Below, one piece after another: positions 41,693 through 53,025 of a stretch of 64,000 nt of DNA. Made by a program: the position numbers and the translations under genes. Every line of letters starts with the position of its first letter. The first letter of the stretch is position 1. The DNA comes from Betaproteobacteria bacterium (lineage in GTDB: Bacteria > Pseudomonadota > Gammaproteobacteria > Burkholderiales > Burkholderiaceae_A). The DNA is taken from contig JAGWWC010000004.1 in the NCBI GenBank assembly GCA_018970545.1, positions 828 through 64,827 of the forward strand. The letters are read 5' to 3'. The notes beneath the pieces are model-generated. The model was not told where the DNA came from. It did not search any database and worked only from the letters and a program-made list of their open reading frames with translations.

Positions 41693-43231
41693 TCAGACGA
41701 GCTGCGGATTGAGCTTCTCGGCCCGGCTCTCCAGCTTATTTAAGGCATTCAGGTAGGCCTTGGCCGATGCAACCACGATGTCCGGATCCGCCCCCACGCC
41801 ATTGACGATCCGTCCGGCCTTGGAAAGCCGCATGGTCACCTCGCCTTGGGACTGGGTGCCCGTGGTGATCGCGTTCACCGAAAACAGCAGCAGCTCCGAG
41901 CCGCTGCCGACCCGGGACTCGATCGCATTGACAGTGGCATCGACCGGGCCGTTGCCCTGGCCTTCAGCCGCAATCTCTTCGCCTTGGACCGAGAACACCA
42001 CCCGCGCCTGAGGGCGCTCCCCAGTCTCTGAGCGCTGAGAAAGCGACAAAAATCGATAACGCTCCTGGGCGTGCTCCAGCGACTCGCCTGAAACCAGGGC
42101 CTGAAGGTCTTCGTCAAAGATCTCGGACTTTCGATCGGCCAGGTCCTTAAAACGGCTAAAGGCCTCATTGAGTTCCTGCTCAGAATCAAACTCAATGCCC
42201 AAATCGGTGAGCCGCTGCTTGAAGGCATTACGGCCCGACAGCTTGCCCAGCGAAATCTTGTTGGCAGACCAGCCCACATCCTGTGCCCGCATGATTTCGT
42301 ATGTCTCACGATGCTTTAAAACACCGTCTTGATGAATGCCGGACTCATGGGCGAACGCATTTGCGCCGACCACGGCCTTGTTGGGCTGCACGGGATAGCC
42401 CGTAATCTGCGATACCAGCCGAGAGCTGGCCACAATCTGGGTAGTATCAATCTGAGTATCGCACTTGAAAATGTCCTGGCGGACCTTGACCGCCATGACG
42501 ATCTCTTCGAGGCTGGCGTTGCCAGCCCGCTCACCAAGGCCGTTGATCGTGCACTCCACCTGACGGGCGCCATTGAGCACTGCCGATAAGGAATTAGCGA
42601 CTGCCATGCCCAGATCGTTATGGCAGTGGGCCGACCAGACCACGCGATCAGCGCCCGGGGTGCGCGCGATCAGCTGATGAAACCACTCGCCAATCACGCC
42701 GGGCACGCTGTAGCCCACCGTATCCGGCACATTGATGGTCTTGGCGCCCGCCTGAATCACCTCACCGAAGATGCGCACAAGAAAATCAAGGTCGCTGCGA
42801 ATCGCATCTTCTGCAGAGAACTCCACATCATCGGTGTATTCTCGCGCCAGCCGAACGCCCTGCACCGCCGCCTCCACGACTTGATCGGGATGCATGCGCA
42901 GCTTTTTTTCCATGTGGATTGGGCTTGTCGCAATGAAGGTATGGATTCGGCCCTTGGCAGCAGGACGAATTGCTTCACCAGCTGCGCGAATATCTTTCTC
43001 CGAAACTCGCGCCAGCGAGCAGACTGTGCTGGACTTGATGGTTTCCGCAATGGCGCGAATCGCATCGAAATCCCCAGGGCTCGAAGCGGCAAAGCCCGCC
43101 TCAATCACGTCGACCCGAAGCCGCTCTAGCTGCCGGGCGATACGAATCTTTTCATCCTTGGTCATTGATGCGCCTGGGCTCTGCTCCCCGTCGCGTAAGG
43201 TAGTGTCGAAAATAATCAATCGGTCAGTCAT
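41693..43231 (-). CDS. leuA: 2-isopropylmalate synthase
   Basis: 512 aa. [15 protein letters not shown]-terminus, [13 protein letters not shown] motif, and a C-terminal LeuA dimerisation/regulatory domain. Confidence 0.95.
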   Translation of the reverse strand: MTDRLIIFDTTLRDGEQSPGASMTKDEKIRIARQLERLRVDVIEAGFAASSPGDFDAIRAIAETIKSSTVCSLARVSEKDIRAAGEAIRPAAKGRIHTFIATSPIHMEKKLRMHPDQVVEAAVQGVRLAREYTDDVEFSAEDAIRSDLDFLVRIFGEVIQAGAKTINVPDTVGYSVPGVIGEWFHQLIARTPGADRVVWSAHCHNDLGMAVANSLSAVLNGARQVECTINGLGERAGNASLEEIVMAVKVRQDIFKCDTQIDTTQIVASSRLVSQITGYPVQPNKAVVGANAFAHESGIHQDGVLKHRETYEIMRAQDVGWSANKISLGKLSGRNAFKQRLTDLGIEFDSEQELNEAFSRFKDLADRKSEIFDEDLQALVSGESLEHAQERYRFLSLSQRSETGERPQARVVFSVQGEEIAAEGQGNGPVDATVNAIESRVGSGSELLLFSVNAITTGTQSQGEVTMRLSKAGRIVNGVGADPDIVVASAKAYLNALNKLESRAEKLNPQLV

Positions 43232-43363
43232 ATCGCGGTGTCCTTTGCGGTCCTAGTCGTCCCAGACGCAACGCATTTCCAAGCGCATCGCCAGGGCTGT
43301 TATCTCTTTGGGGGGTCTGACGATTATTTTTCCGGCGCAGACCATGCCGGTGGGGGTCGAGAG

Positions 43364-43435
43364 TTAGCGCCCGAGGCGCAGTCGACCTAGGGGGCGAAGT
43401 AGAAGAAGGGTGAAACCACAATTCAAGGATTGCAT
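43364..43435 (-). CDS. candidate leucine-rich leader peptide (23 aa, MQSLNCGFTLLLLRPLGRLRLGR)
   Basis: Hand translation of the minus strand gives ATG CAA TCC TTG AAT TGT GGT TTC ACC CTT CTT CTA CTT CGC CCC CTA GGT CGA CTG CGC CTC GGG CGC TAA. There are four consecutive Leu codons. The ORF starts 8 nt after the pssA stop and ends 132 nt upstream of leuA. Confidence 0.4.
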   Translation of the reverse strand: MQSLNCGFTLLLLRPLGRLRLGR

Positions 43436-43443
43436 GGCGAAGA

Positions 43444-44223
43444 CTATAAATCTTTTTGATCAGACTCTGCAAATACCTCGACCTTCTCCCCGCGGGCCTT
43501 TCGCCAAAAAAACAACAGCCAGCCGGAGAGCCCATAGGCCAGCATCAGCAAAAACAACAGGCTGGGAGGATCCTGAGAAATCAGCACCAGACCCAGAGCG
43601 ACCAGAAAAATCATGGCGTAGGGGACACTGCGTCGGAGATTGAGATCTTTGAAGCTGTAAAACGGTACGCTGGAAACCATCGACAGGCCCGCATAGACCG
43701 CGACTGCCCAGGAGACCCAGCGTAAATCCGCAGCGGAATAATCGATCCATCGGGTCTCACGAAGATCTGTTGCTACCCAGACTAGCCCTGCAAGCAATGC
43801 GGCGGCGGCCGGGCTCGGCAGCCCCTGAAAAAATCGCTTATCGACAATTGTGATGTTGGTATTGAAGCGGGCCAGTCGCAATGCGGCACCCGCGACATAA
43901 ACAAAGGCAGCAAGCCAGCCAAACTTCCCCAGGCTCTGCAAAGACCACATATAAATAATCAACGCGGGGGCCGCGCCAAAGGCCACCATATCCGCGAGGC
44001 TGTCGTATTGGGCGCCAAAATCCGAGGTGGTGTTGGTCAGCCGGGCCACGCGCCCATCCAGGCTGTCGAGCACCATGGCCACAAAGATCGCAATCGCTGC
44101 CTCAGTAAATCGGCCATGCATGGCCTGCACAATGGCGAAAAATCCCGCAAACAGGCAGCCCGTCGTGAACAGATTGGGCAGTAGGTAGATACTGGTGCGG
44201 CGTCGTGGCAGTCGTTGATTCAT
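43444..44223 (-). CDS. pssA: CDP-diacylglycerol--serine O-phosphatidyltransferase
   Basis: CDP-alcohol phosphatidyltransferase motif DSLDGRVARLTNTTSDFGAQYDSLAD. Confidence 0.92.
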   Translation of the reverse strand: MNQRLPRRRTSIYLLPNLFTTGCLFAGFFAIVQAMHGRFTEAAIAIFVAMVLDSLDGRVARLTNTTSDFGAQYDSLADMVAFGAAPALIIYMWSLQSLGKFGWLAAFVYVAGAALRLARFNTNITIVDKRFFQGLPSPAAAALLAGLVWVATDLRETRWIDYSAADLRWVSWAVAVYAGLSMVSSVPFYSFKDLNLRRSVPYAMIFLVALGLVLISQDPPSLLFLLMLAYGLSGWLLFFWRKARGEKVEVFAESDQKDL

Positions 44224-44274
44224 GATGGCTTTACTTGCGATCCGATCCCAATTCAGCCGCCGGCCATCGGCACA

Positions 44275-44930
44275 TTACCAGCGGGCCAGGGCAGTTGAGT
44301 GGGCGTAGACCTTGTCTCCCACGGAGACTAACGCCTGCGTGCCGGGCGGGCAATAGACATCCACCCGCGAACCGAAACGGATAAAGCCATAGCGGGCGCC
44401 CCGCAAAAGGCTGTCTCCTGGCTTGACGTAAGAAAGAATTCTGCGGGCCACCAAGCCGGCAATCTGGATACAGGTGAGGCGCCGGCCCTGTGGATCCTCG
44501 ATCACCATGGCACTGCGCTCGTTTTGTTCAGACGCCTTATCAATTGCCGCATTAAAAAAAGCGCCTGGAAAATATTGCACATCCATGACGCGGCCCTGAA
44601 TCGGCGCGCGGTTGGAGTGCACATTAAACACATTCATAAAGACACTGATCTTTAGCGAATCCTGGCCAGTGATTGGGTCAATGGCCTTCCCCACGACGAC
44701 GATACGGCCATCGGCCGGCGATGTAATCAGGCCTTCACCGACCGGTGGCGTGCGCGCAGGGTCGCGAAAAAACTGGACGACAAAAACCGCAACCAGCCAC
44801 AGCAAAACAGCAGCCACAGTCCAGTCAAGCCAAGTGGCGACAAGGGCCAGGCCGACCGTGAGGCCTACAAATGGCCAGCCCTCCCGGGCAATGATCGGAT
44901 GGGGATAAAGACGAACGTCGTCTGCGGCCA

Positions 44931-44931
<1 letters not shown>
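44275..44931 (-). CDS. psd: phosphatidylserine decarboxylase (short, archaetidylserine-decarboxylase-like type)
   Basis: 218 aa. Has an FGSRVD self-cleavage (GS) motif near the C-terminus. The ATG overlaps the ilvC stop (ATGA). Confidence 0.9.
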
Positions 44932-46471
<1,540 letters not shown>

Positions 46472-46480
46472 ATCGAGCTC

Positions 46481-48199
46481 CTAGAGGTCTTCGGAGCCGA
46501 GCAGCATCTCCGTCAGCCCTTTTCCGGTTTGCACCATCGGCCAGACGTTTTCTTCTTGATCGGTGATGAAGTCCATGAACACCAAACGATCTTTCATGTT
46601 AAACGCCTCGCGTAAAGCGGGCTCCACATCGGCTGGCTTGTGAATCTGCATGCCGACATGGCCGTAGGCCTCGGCAAGTTTCACAAAGTCTGGCAGTGAA
46701 TCCATATACGACTCGGCGTAGCGGCTCTCGTATTCAATCTCTTGCCACTGCCGCACCATGCCGAGATAGCGATTATTCAGGTTCACAACCTTCACCGGCA
46801 GACGGTATTGCTGGCAGGTGGAGAGTTCTTGGATACACATTTGTATCGAACCCTCGCCTGTGATGCAGGCCACTTCCGCTTCCGGATGGGCCAGCTTGAC
46901 GCCCATCGCATAGGGAAGGCCCACGCCCATCGTGCCAAGGCCCCCCGAGTTGATCCAACGGCGGGGATAGTCAAACTTGTAATACTGGGCAGCGAACATC
47001 TGATGCTGGCCGACGTCTGAGGTTACAAAGGCCTCGCCCTTCGTGACCTCCCAGAGCTTTTCCACCACATACTGCGGCTTGATGACATCACCATTTTGTT
47101 TGTAGCGCAGGCAATCCCGCTTGCGCCATTCTTCGATCTGGGCCCACCAGGGTGCGATTGCCTTGCGATCCGGGCCGTGGCCCGCGGCAATCGCTTCTTT
47201 GATCTGCGCCAGCATTTCGCGCATGACCTCACCCACCTCACCCACAATGGGCACATCCACCTTCACGCGCTTGGAGATGGAAGACGGATCAATGTCGACA
47301 TGGATGATTTTCCGTGGATTCTGAGCGAAGTGTTTGGGGTTGCCAATCACACGATCATCAAATCGAGCACCAATACCCACCAAGACATCGCAATGCTGCA
47401 TGGCCATGTTGCACTCATAAGTGCCGTGCATGCCCGGCATGCCAAGAAACTTCGAATCGGTGGCGGGATAGGCGCCGAGGCCCATCAGCGTGTTGGTGCA
47501 AGGATAGCCAAGTAAGTCCACCAGTTCACGCAGTTCCTTCGAGGCGTTGCCGAGAATAATTCCACCGCCGGTGTAAATCATCGGCCGCTCGGCTGACAAA
47601 ATTAACTGCACCGCCTTTTTAATCTGACCCGAATGGCCTTTCACCACGGGGTTATAGGAGCGCATGGTGACTTCTTTGGGATAGTCGAACTTACAACGAT
47701 TACGGGTAATGTCCTTTGGGATGTCCACGAGCACTGGCCCCGGCCGGCCGGTGCGGGCCAGGTGAAAGGCTTTCTTGATGGTGATGGCCAAATCTTTGAC
47801 GTCTTTGACAAGAAAATTGTGTTTCACACACGGCCGTGTGATGCCAACGGTGTCGCACTCTTGGAATGCATCCAAGCCAATTGCATGGGTCGGAACCTGG
47901 CCGGAGAGGATCACCATGGGGATGGAGTCCATAAAGGCAGTCGCGATGCCCGTGACTGCGTTGGTCACTCCAGGTCCGCTGGTCACCAGGGCCACGCCAA
48001 CACTTTCCGTCGAGCGTGCATAGGCGTCTGCAGCATGGACGGCCGCCTGCTCGTGGCGCACCAGGATGTGCTTGAATTTGTCTTGCTTGTAAATCTCGTC
48101 GTAAATGTAGAGGACGGCCCCGCCGGGGTATCCGAAGATGTGGTCTACCTGCTCTTCATGCAGGCAGCGCACGACGATTTCTGCGCCAGTAATTTCCAT
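46481..48199 (-). CDS. ilvI: acetolactate synthase large subunit (biosynthetic type)
   Basis: 572-aa ThDP enzyme with the GGLGTMGVGLPYAMG ThDP-binding motif. Confidence 0.95.
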   Translation of the reverse strand: MEITGAEIVVRCLHEEQVDHIFGYPGGAVLYIYDEIYKQDKFKHILVRHEQAAVHAADAYARSTESVGVALVTSGPGVTNAVTGIATAFMDSIPMVILSGQVPTHAIGLDAFQECDTVGITRPCVKHNFLVKDVKDLAITIKKAFHLARTGRPGPVLVDIPKDITRNRCKFDYPKEVTMRSYNPVVKGHSGQIKKAVQLILSAERPMIYTGGGIILGNASKELRELVDLLGYPCTNTLMGLGAYPATDSKFLGMPGMHGTYECNMAMQHCDVLVGIGARFDDRVIGNPKHFAQNPRKIIHVDIDPSSISKRVKVDVPIVGEVGEVMREMLAQIKEAIAAGHGPDRKAIAPWWAQIEEWRKRDCLRYKQNGDVIKPQYVVEKLWEVTKGEAFVTSDVGQHQMFAAQYYKFDYPRRWINSGGLGTMGVGLPYAMGVKLAHPEAEVACITGEGSIQMCIQELSTCQQYRLPVKVVNLNNRYLGMVRQWQEIEYESRYAESYMDSLPDFVKLAEAYGHVGMQIHKPADVEPALREAFNMKDRLVFMDFITDQEENVWPMVQTGKGLTEMLLGSEDL

Positions 48200-48374
48200 A
48201 GGTTGGTGGTCCTATCAAGATCCAGTGATCCTTACCCGCCGGCACCACCCACGCTCCGGTGGGGAGTCGGCGATGCAGGCCTTGAGCAAGGGCTTTGAGT
48301 TGACGGATCGCCGTTGCCGACTCTTGTGAAGCCGGTACCGGCAAGGTCAAGCCTGCTAATTTAACATACCCATT

Positions 48375-48947
48375 ATGGACACCAAGGCCCTGGAGGGCTT
48401 TCTCGCGGCGGTCGAACGCCGTGCATTTCGCATCGCAATGCTCGGCGTTCGCAATGAGGATGTTGCCCTGGATCTGGTGCAGGAGGCCATGATGCGGCTG
48501 GCCGAGAAGTACGCGAACCGAGGCCCGGATGAGTGGCCAATGCTGTTTCAGCGGATTCTGCAAAATGCCATCCTGGACCACCATCGACGGCAAAAGGTCC
48601 GCCGAGCCTGGGTGACGCTCTTCGGCGACATGCGGCCAAAGGGAGATGAGGACGCCGATTCGGGGCTGGAGCTCGATGAGGCCGACCTGATGCCGGACGA
48701 GCAGGCTGACGGCCCAGAGCAGAGCCTGGCCCGGAAAAAGCTCCGGCAGCACCTGGAATCGGCAATTGCTGCACTGCCGATTCGTCAACAACAGGCCTTC
48801 CTGCTGCGTTATTGGGAGGGACTGGACATTACGCAAACCGCCCAGGCAATGGGCTGCTCCGAGGGCAGCGTGAAGACCCACTGCTTTCGGGCAGTCAAGG
48901 CCCTGGGCGAATCGGTCGCGTTTTTAAAGCCAGAGTTGAAAGACTAA
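48375..48947 (+). CDS. ECF-type RNA polymerase sigma-70 family factor
   Basis: Region 2 (ALDLVQEAMMRL, FQRILQNAILDHHRR) and region 4 (RQQQAFLLRYWEGLDITQTAQAMGCSEGSVKTHCFRA), with an acidic insertion between them. Confidence 0.85.
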   Translation: MDTKALEGFLAAVERRAFRIAMLGVRNEDVALDLVQEAMMRLAEKYANRGPDEWPMLFQRILQNAILDHHRRQKVRRAWVTLFGDMRPKGDEDADSGLELDEADLMPDEQADGPEQSLARKKLRQHLESAIAALPIRQQQAFLLRYWEGLDITQTAQAMGCSEGSVKTHCFRAVKALGESVAFLKPELKD

Positions 48948-48952
48948 AGACA

Positions 48953-49864
48953 ATGAGCCAACTGATTTACAGAATTCGGCAAGCGCTTCGACAAAGCGAG
49001 CAGGACCTTCCGCCCGAGGTGGCGCACGGCCTGGCGCGGGCCCGGCATGCGGCCGTAAGCCGGGCTGAATCGCGTCGTCTTCACGGAGTCTTTCCGCTCG
49101 CACCCGGCGCCCTATTGGCCTCCCGCCAAATTTGGGGCATGGGGGCGGCGGCGGCCAGCATCCTTGCGGTCGTGGTCGGGCTGGGTCTCGCGGAGGAGCA
49201 GTCCTTTGAACGAAATATTGGCCGAATCGCCGCAATTGATGAGCGGGTCATGCTAGACCGCCTTCCGGTACAGGCTTACCTGGATATCGGCTTTCTTGCC
49301 TTCCAAGAAGAAACCTTGAGCGAATCCGCCTCCGGCATTACGGTGGCCTCACTGAGCCATCAGGCAGGAGCGGCCATTCGTCGATTTTGGACCCCGGATG
49401 CCCTGTTTCGCGGCCAGTCCACTCAGGGCCTGGCCTGGAGCAAACTCACCTCATCGCAGCGCGAGGCCCTTGCCCCACTGGAATCCAATTGGCCTGAGAT
49501 GGAAGAGCATCGCCGCCGCAAATGGGTAAAGATCGCCGATCGGTTCCACCAGTTGAGTGCCGAGCAACAAGCAACTGCCCAAGAGCGCATGCTGGAGTGG
49601 GCCTCACTGCCCGCCTCAGATCGCCGGCAGGCCCGCGCGGCATTCGGCGGCGTTACGGAGGTCATCGCTGAAGATGTCCGCGTCATGAAGTGGAACGAAT
49701 ACCAAAAGCTGAGCCCACAGGAAAAACAGCGCTTAATCGAACTCGCGCAGCAAAAAGTTGCCCAGGCCGGCACGCCCAATGACTCCTCAGGACTGACCGC
49801 AACGCCATCGGAAACCGCGCGTTCTGCTCTTGCTTCTCGGCCCGCCAAGCCGCTCTCCCAGTAG
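48953..49864 (+). CDS. DUF3619-like (single TM, putative anti-sigma) fused to DUF3106-like periplasmic domain
   Basis: Internal ATG 48953 of ORF 48812..49864, 5 nt after the sigma stop. The N-terminal part has a TM segment IWGMGAAAASILAVVVGLGLA. The C-terminal part has repeated W..L....Q/R helices (WSKLTSSQREALAPLESNWPEMEEHRRRKWVKIADRF...). Confidence 0.7.
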   Translation: MSQLIYRIRQALRQSEQDLPPEVAHGLARARHAAVSRAESRRLHGVFPLAPGALLASRQIWGMGAAAASILAVVVGLGLAEEQSFERNIGRIAAIDERVMLDRLPVQAYLDIGFLAFQEETLSESASGITVASLSHQAGAAIRRFWTPDALFRGQSTQGLAWSKLTSSQREALAPLESNWPEMEEHRRRKWVKIADRFHQLSAEQQATAQERMLEWASLPASDRRQARAAFGGVTEVIAEDVRVMKWNEYQKLSPQEKQRLIELAQQKVAQAGTPNDSSGLTATPSETARSALASRPAKPLSQ

Positions 49865-49867
49865 GGA

Positions 49868-50314
49868 TTGGACACCCCGGCATCAGCCTCCGTTTGGAGG
49901 CGGTTCATGGCCATGGTCTATGAGGCCCTCTTGCTTTTTGGGCCGCTGCTGGTTCTGGTCTTTGTCTACTCTTTTGTCGTGGATTTCAGTGACCGAGGGA
50001 ACCCCGATCTGGCCGCCATCAAGCGCATTGGCCTGCAGCTCATCATCGCAGCAGCGTTGTTGCTGTACTTTGCCTGGAGCTGGACCAATGGCCGTTGCAC
50101 TCTTCCCATGCAAACACTGGGCCTTAAGTTGACCACCACGACCGGAGACCACTTAAGCGCCCGTATGGCTGTCGCGCGTGCGCTGCTGGCGATGCCCAGC
50201 GTACTGTTCGGGGTGGGTTTTCTTTGGGCGATCTTTGATCGCGACTCACAGACGCTGCATGATCGGCTAGCGGGAACGCGGCTGATTTACGTTCCCGTCA
50301 ACAAAGTCATCTGA
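49868..50314 (+). CDS. RDD family membrane protein
   Basis: 148 aa with a TTG start. Has the WRRF..MVYEALLLF N-terminal pattern and a C-terminal FDRDSQTLHDRLAGT (RDD) motif. Confidence 0.75.
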   Translation: MDTPASASVWRRFMAMVYEALLLFGPLLVLVFVYSFVVDFSDRGNPDLAAIKRIGLQLIIAAALLLYFAWSWTNGRCTLPMQTLGLKLTTTTGDHLSARMAVARALLAMPSVLFGVGFLWAIFDRDSQTLHDRLAGTRLIYVPVNKVI

Positions 50315-50343
50315 AAGCGCGAGGCCTCGCCTCGAGTCACCGA

Positions 50344-52947
50344 TTAATGCACCACCCGATCAAACGAGAGTTCGCCGTCTTTGAAGTCGACCGGAATCAC
50401 ATCCTTGGGGCCAAATCTTCCTTCAAGGATTAAGCGCGCAATCGGATTTTCAAGCCGCTGCTGGATAGCACGCTTCAGCGGCCGCGCACCAAAGAGCGGA
50501 TCAAAGCCCACCTTGGCAATTTCATCGAGTGCGGCATCCGAGACCTCCAGACGCATCTCACGCTCAGCCACCCGGCCTTCGAGATAACGCAGCTGAATTT
50601 TTGCGATATCGCGGATGTGCCGCGCATCGAGCGCGTGGAAGACCACGATCTCATCGATCCGGTTGATGAATTCAGGACGAAAGTGGACCCTGACCTCGCC
50701 CATCACGGCTTCCTTGATTTCAGCCGCAGGTGCACCCGACATGCGCTGAATTTCCGGGGAGCCGAGGTTCGAGGTCATCACAACAACCGTATTGCGAAAA
50801 TCAACCGTCCGGCCCTGACCATCCGTGAGCCGGCCATCATCCAGGACTTGCAATAGGACATTGAAAACATCTGGATGGGCCTTTTCCACTTCGTCAAGAA
50901 GAATCACGCTGTAGGGCTTACGTCGCACAGCCTCAGTTAGGGTGCCGCCCTCTTCATAGCCCACATAGCCCGGAGGTGCACCGATTAAGCGTGATACCGA
51001 GTGTTTTTCCATAAACTCGCTCATATCAATGCGCACCATCTGCTCTTCGGAATCAAACAAAAACTGGGCCAGGGCCTTGCAGAGCTCGGTCTTGCCGACT
51101 CCGGTGGGGCCAAGAAACAGAAATGAGCCGTAGGGCCGATTGGGATCCGACAGTCCCGCCCGGGAGCGTCGGATGGCATCAGCCACCAAGGAAACCGCCT
51201 CCTCCTGGCCGACCACACGTTGATGCAGCTGGCCTTCCATGGCGAGCAATTTCTCGCGCTCGCCCGTCATCATTTTTGATACTGGGATTCCGGTCGCACG
51301 CGAGACGACCTCAGCGATCTCTTCAGCGCCAACCTGTGTGCGCAGCAGTCGTGGCCGCACCGTCTGCCCCGCAGCGCGGGCATCGGCGGCTTTGAGCCGC
51401 GCCTCAAGCTCGGGCAATTTGCCGTACTGCAGCTCCGAAACCTTCTGCCAGTCGCCTTTGCGGGTATACGCCTCAATCTCGTGACGAATCTGATCAATCT
51501 CCTCTTTGATCGACTGGGCACCCTGCACCGCTGCCTTTTCGGCCTTCCAGACCTCCTCTAAATCCGCAAGCTCGCGCTCTAAGCGGGCGATTTCCTGCTC
51601 GATCAGGTCGAAACGTCGTTTGGAGGCCTCATCCTTTTCTTTGCGAACGGCTTCGCGCTCAATCTTGAGCTGGATCAAACGCCGATCCAGCTTATCCATC
51701 GACTCTGGCTTGGAATCAATTTCCATCTTGATTCGTGAGGCCGCCTCATCGATCAAATCAATCGCCTTGTCCGGCAAAAAGCGATCCGTGATGTAGCGGT
51801 GCGACAGCTCTGCGGCCGCCACAATGGCCGGATCCGTAATGTCCACGCCGTGGTGAAGCTCGTAGCGCTCTTGCAGGCCCCGCAGGATCGCAATCGTGGC
51901 CTCCACACTCGGCTCATCGACCAACACCTTTTGAAACCGTCGCTCAAGGGCGGCATCCTTCTCGATGTACTTGCGATACTCATCAAGCGTGGTGGCGCCA
52001 ATACAGTGCAGCTCTCCACGGGATAACGCGGGCTTGAGCATATTGCCGGCGTCCATTGCGCCTTCGGCCTTGCCCGCTCCGACCATGGTGTGAATCTCAT
52101 CGATGAACACAATCGGGTGTCCACTGGGATGGCTCTCGGCCATCTGGGCAATATCTTTGAGCACTGCCTTTAGCCGCTCTTCAAACTCACCGCGATACTT
52201 TGCGCCCGCAAGTAGCGCCGCCATATCCAGGGTGAGCACGGATTTTCCTTTCAACCCTTCCGGCACTTCACCATTGACAATGCGCTGGGCTAGGCCTTCA
52301 ACGATTGCGGTCTTGCCCACGCCCGGCTCACCGATCAGCACAGGATTGTTTTTGGTTCGACGCTGCAGGATCTGAATGCAGCGACGAATTTCATCATCCC
52401 GGCCGATGACAGGATCCAGCTTTCCTCGTGCGGCCCGCTCTGTCAGATCGATGCAGTATTTTTTCAAAGACTCCCGCTGGCTTTCAGCCTCCGCGGAGTT
52501 CACTGACTGGCCACCGCGGACTGCCTGAATCGCCAGCTCAAGATTTTTTCTTGTGAGCCCGCTGTCGCGCAGCAGCCTGCCCGCAATCCCTTTGTCATCC
52601 GCAAGCGGCAACAAAAATAGCTCGCTGGCAATGAACTGATCACCCCGACTTTGGGCCTCACGATCCGTCAAATTAAAAAGCTTTACCAGCTCTGATCCAA
52701 CGGTCACCTGGCCCTCAGGCTTGGAGACCTTGGGCAGCCCTTCCAGCCCCGTATTGACTGACTGGCTGAGTTTTTGGAGGTTGGCGCCGGCACGCGCCAA
52801 TAAGGATCGTGTGGCGCCTTCCTCCTGGCCCAGTAAGGCGGCCAAGACATGCAGGGGTTCGAGCGTGGGGCTGTCATAGCCCACCGCAAGGCTCTGGGCA
52901 TCGGCTAAGGCCTGCTGAAAGGCCGTGGTGAGTTTGTCGGTTCTCAT
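50344..52947 (-). CDS. clpB: ATP-dependent chaperone ClpB
   Basis: 867 aa with two AAA+ modules ([16 protein letters not shown]), a middle coiled-coil domain and a Clp N-domain. Confidence 0.97.
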   Translation of the reverse strand: MRTDKLTTAFQQALADAQSLAVGYDSPTLEPLHVLAALLGQEEGATRSLLARAGANLQKLSQSVNTGLEGLPKVSKPEGQVTVGSELVKLFNLTDREAQSRGDQFIASELFLLPLADDKGIAGRLLRDSGLTRKNLELAIQAVRGGQSVNSAEAESQRESLKKYCIDLTERAARGKLDPVIGRDDEIRRCIQILQRRTKNNPVLIGEPGVGKTAIVEGLAQRIVNGEVPEGLKGKSVLTLDMAALLAGAKYRGEFEERLKAVLKDIAQMAESHPSGHPIVFIDEIHTMVGAGKAEGAMDAGNMLKPALSRGELHCIGATTLDEYRKYIEKDAALERRFQKVLVDEPSVEATIAILRGLQERYELHHGVDITDPAIVAAAELSHRYITDRFLPDKAIDLIDEAASRIKMEIDSKPESMDKLDRRLIQLKIEREAVRKEKDEASKRRFDLIEQEIARLERELADLEEVWKAEKAAVQGAQSIKEEIDQIRHEIEAYTRKGDWQKVSELQYGKLPELEARLKAADARAAGQTVRPRLLRTQVGAEEIAEVVSRATGIPVSKMMTGEREKLLAMEGQLHQRVVGQEEAVSLVADAIRRSRAGLSDPNRPYGSFLFLGPTGVGKTELCKALAQFLFDSEEQMVRIDMSEFMEKHSVSRLIGAPPGYVGYEEGGTLTEAVRRKPYSVILLDEVEKAHPDVFNVLLQVLDDGRLTDGQGRTVDFRNTVVVMTSNLGSPEIQRMSGAPAAEIKEAVMGEVRVHFRPEFINRIDEIVVFHALDARHIRDIAKIQLRYLEGRVAEREMRLEVSDAALDEIAKVGFDPLFGARPLKRAIQQRLENPIARLILEGRFGPKDVIPVDFKDGELSFDRVVH

Positions 52948-52996
52948 GGTCAGATTTCATCCAATTCTGGTGTGGCTGCCGCCACGTCTGACAAGG

Positions 52997-53025
52997 AGTT
53001 GGGGGCGTTGCCCGCGGAATTCAAG
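52997..53025 (-). promoter_or_regulatory. candidate sigma32 (heat-shock) promoter of clpB
   Basis: The minus strand reads CTTGAAT-N14/15-CCCCAACT, against the consensus CTTGAAA-N13-15-CCCCATNT. It lies about 50-78 nt upstream of the clpB ATG. Confidence 0.45.

Noticed and set aside
43224-43535. 103-aa minus-strand ORF spanning the pssA 3' end and the pssA-leuA spacer.
   Set aside because: It is out of frame with pssA, overlaps it, and has no recognisable family features. The spacer is better explained by the short Leu-rich leader ORF in another frame.
48200-48374. Search for an Ile/Val/Leu-rich leader peptide or attenuator upstream of ilvI.
   Set aside because: The only short ORFs on the ilvI strand are MGMLN and VGGAGG, which are not enriched for branched-chain residues. 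Some long-range complementarity exists (GAGTCGGC...GCCGACTC, CCGGTACCGG), but there is no hairpin with a U-tract, so no claim is made.
50315-50343. Palindrome GCGAGGCCTCGC / GAGGC-CTC-GCCTC between the convergent RDD and clpB genes as a bidirectional terminator.
   Set aside because: The stem is only 4-6 bp and no U/A-tract lies on either side, so this is too weak to call a terminator.
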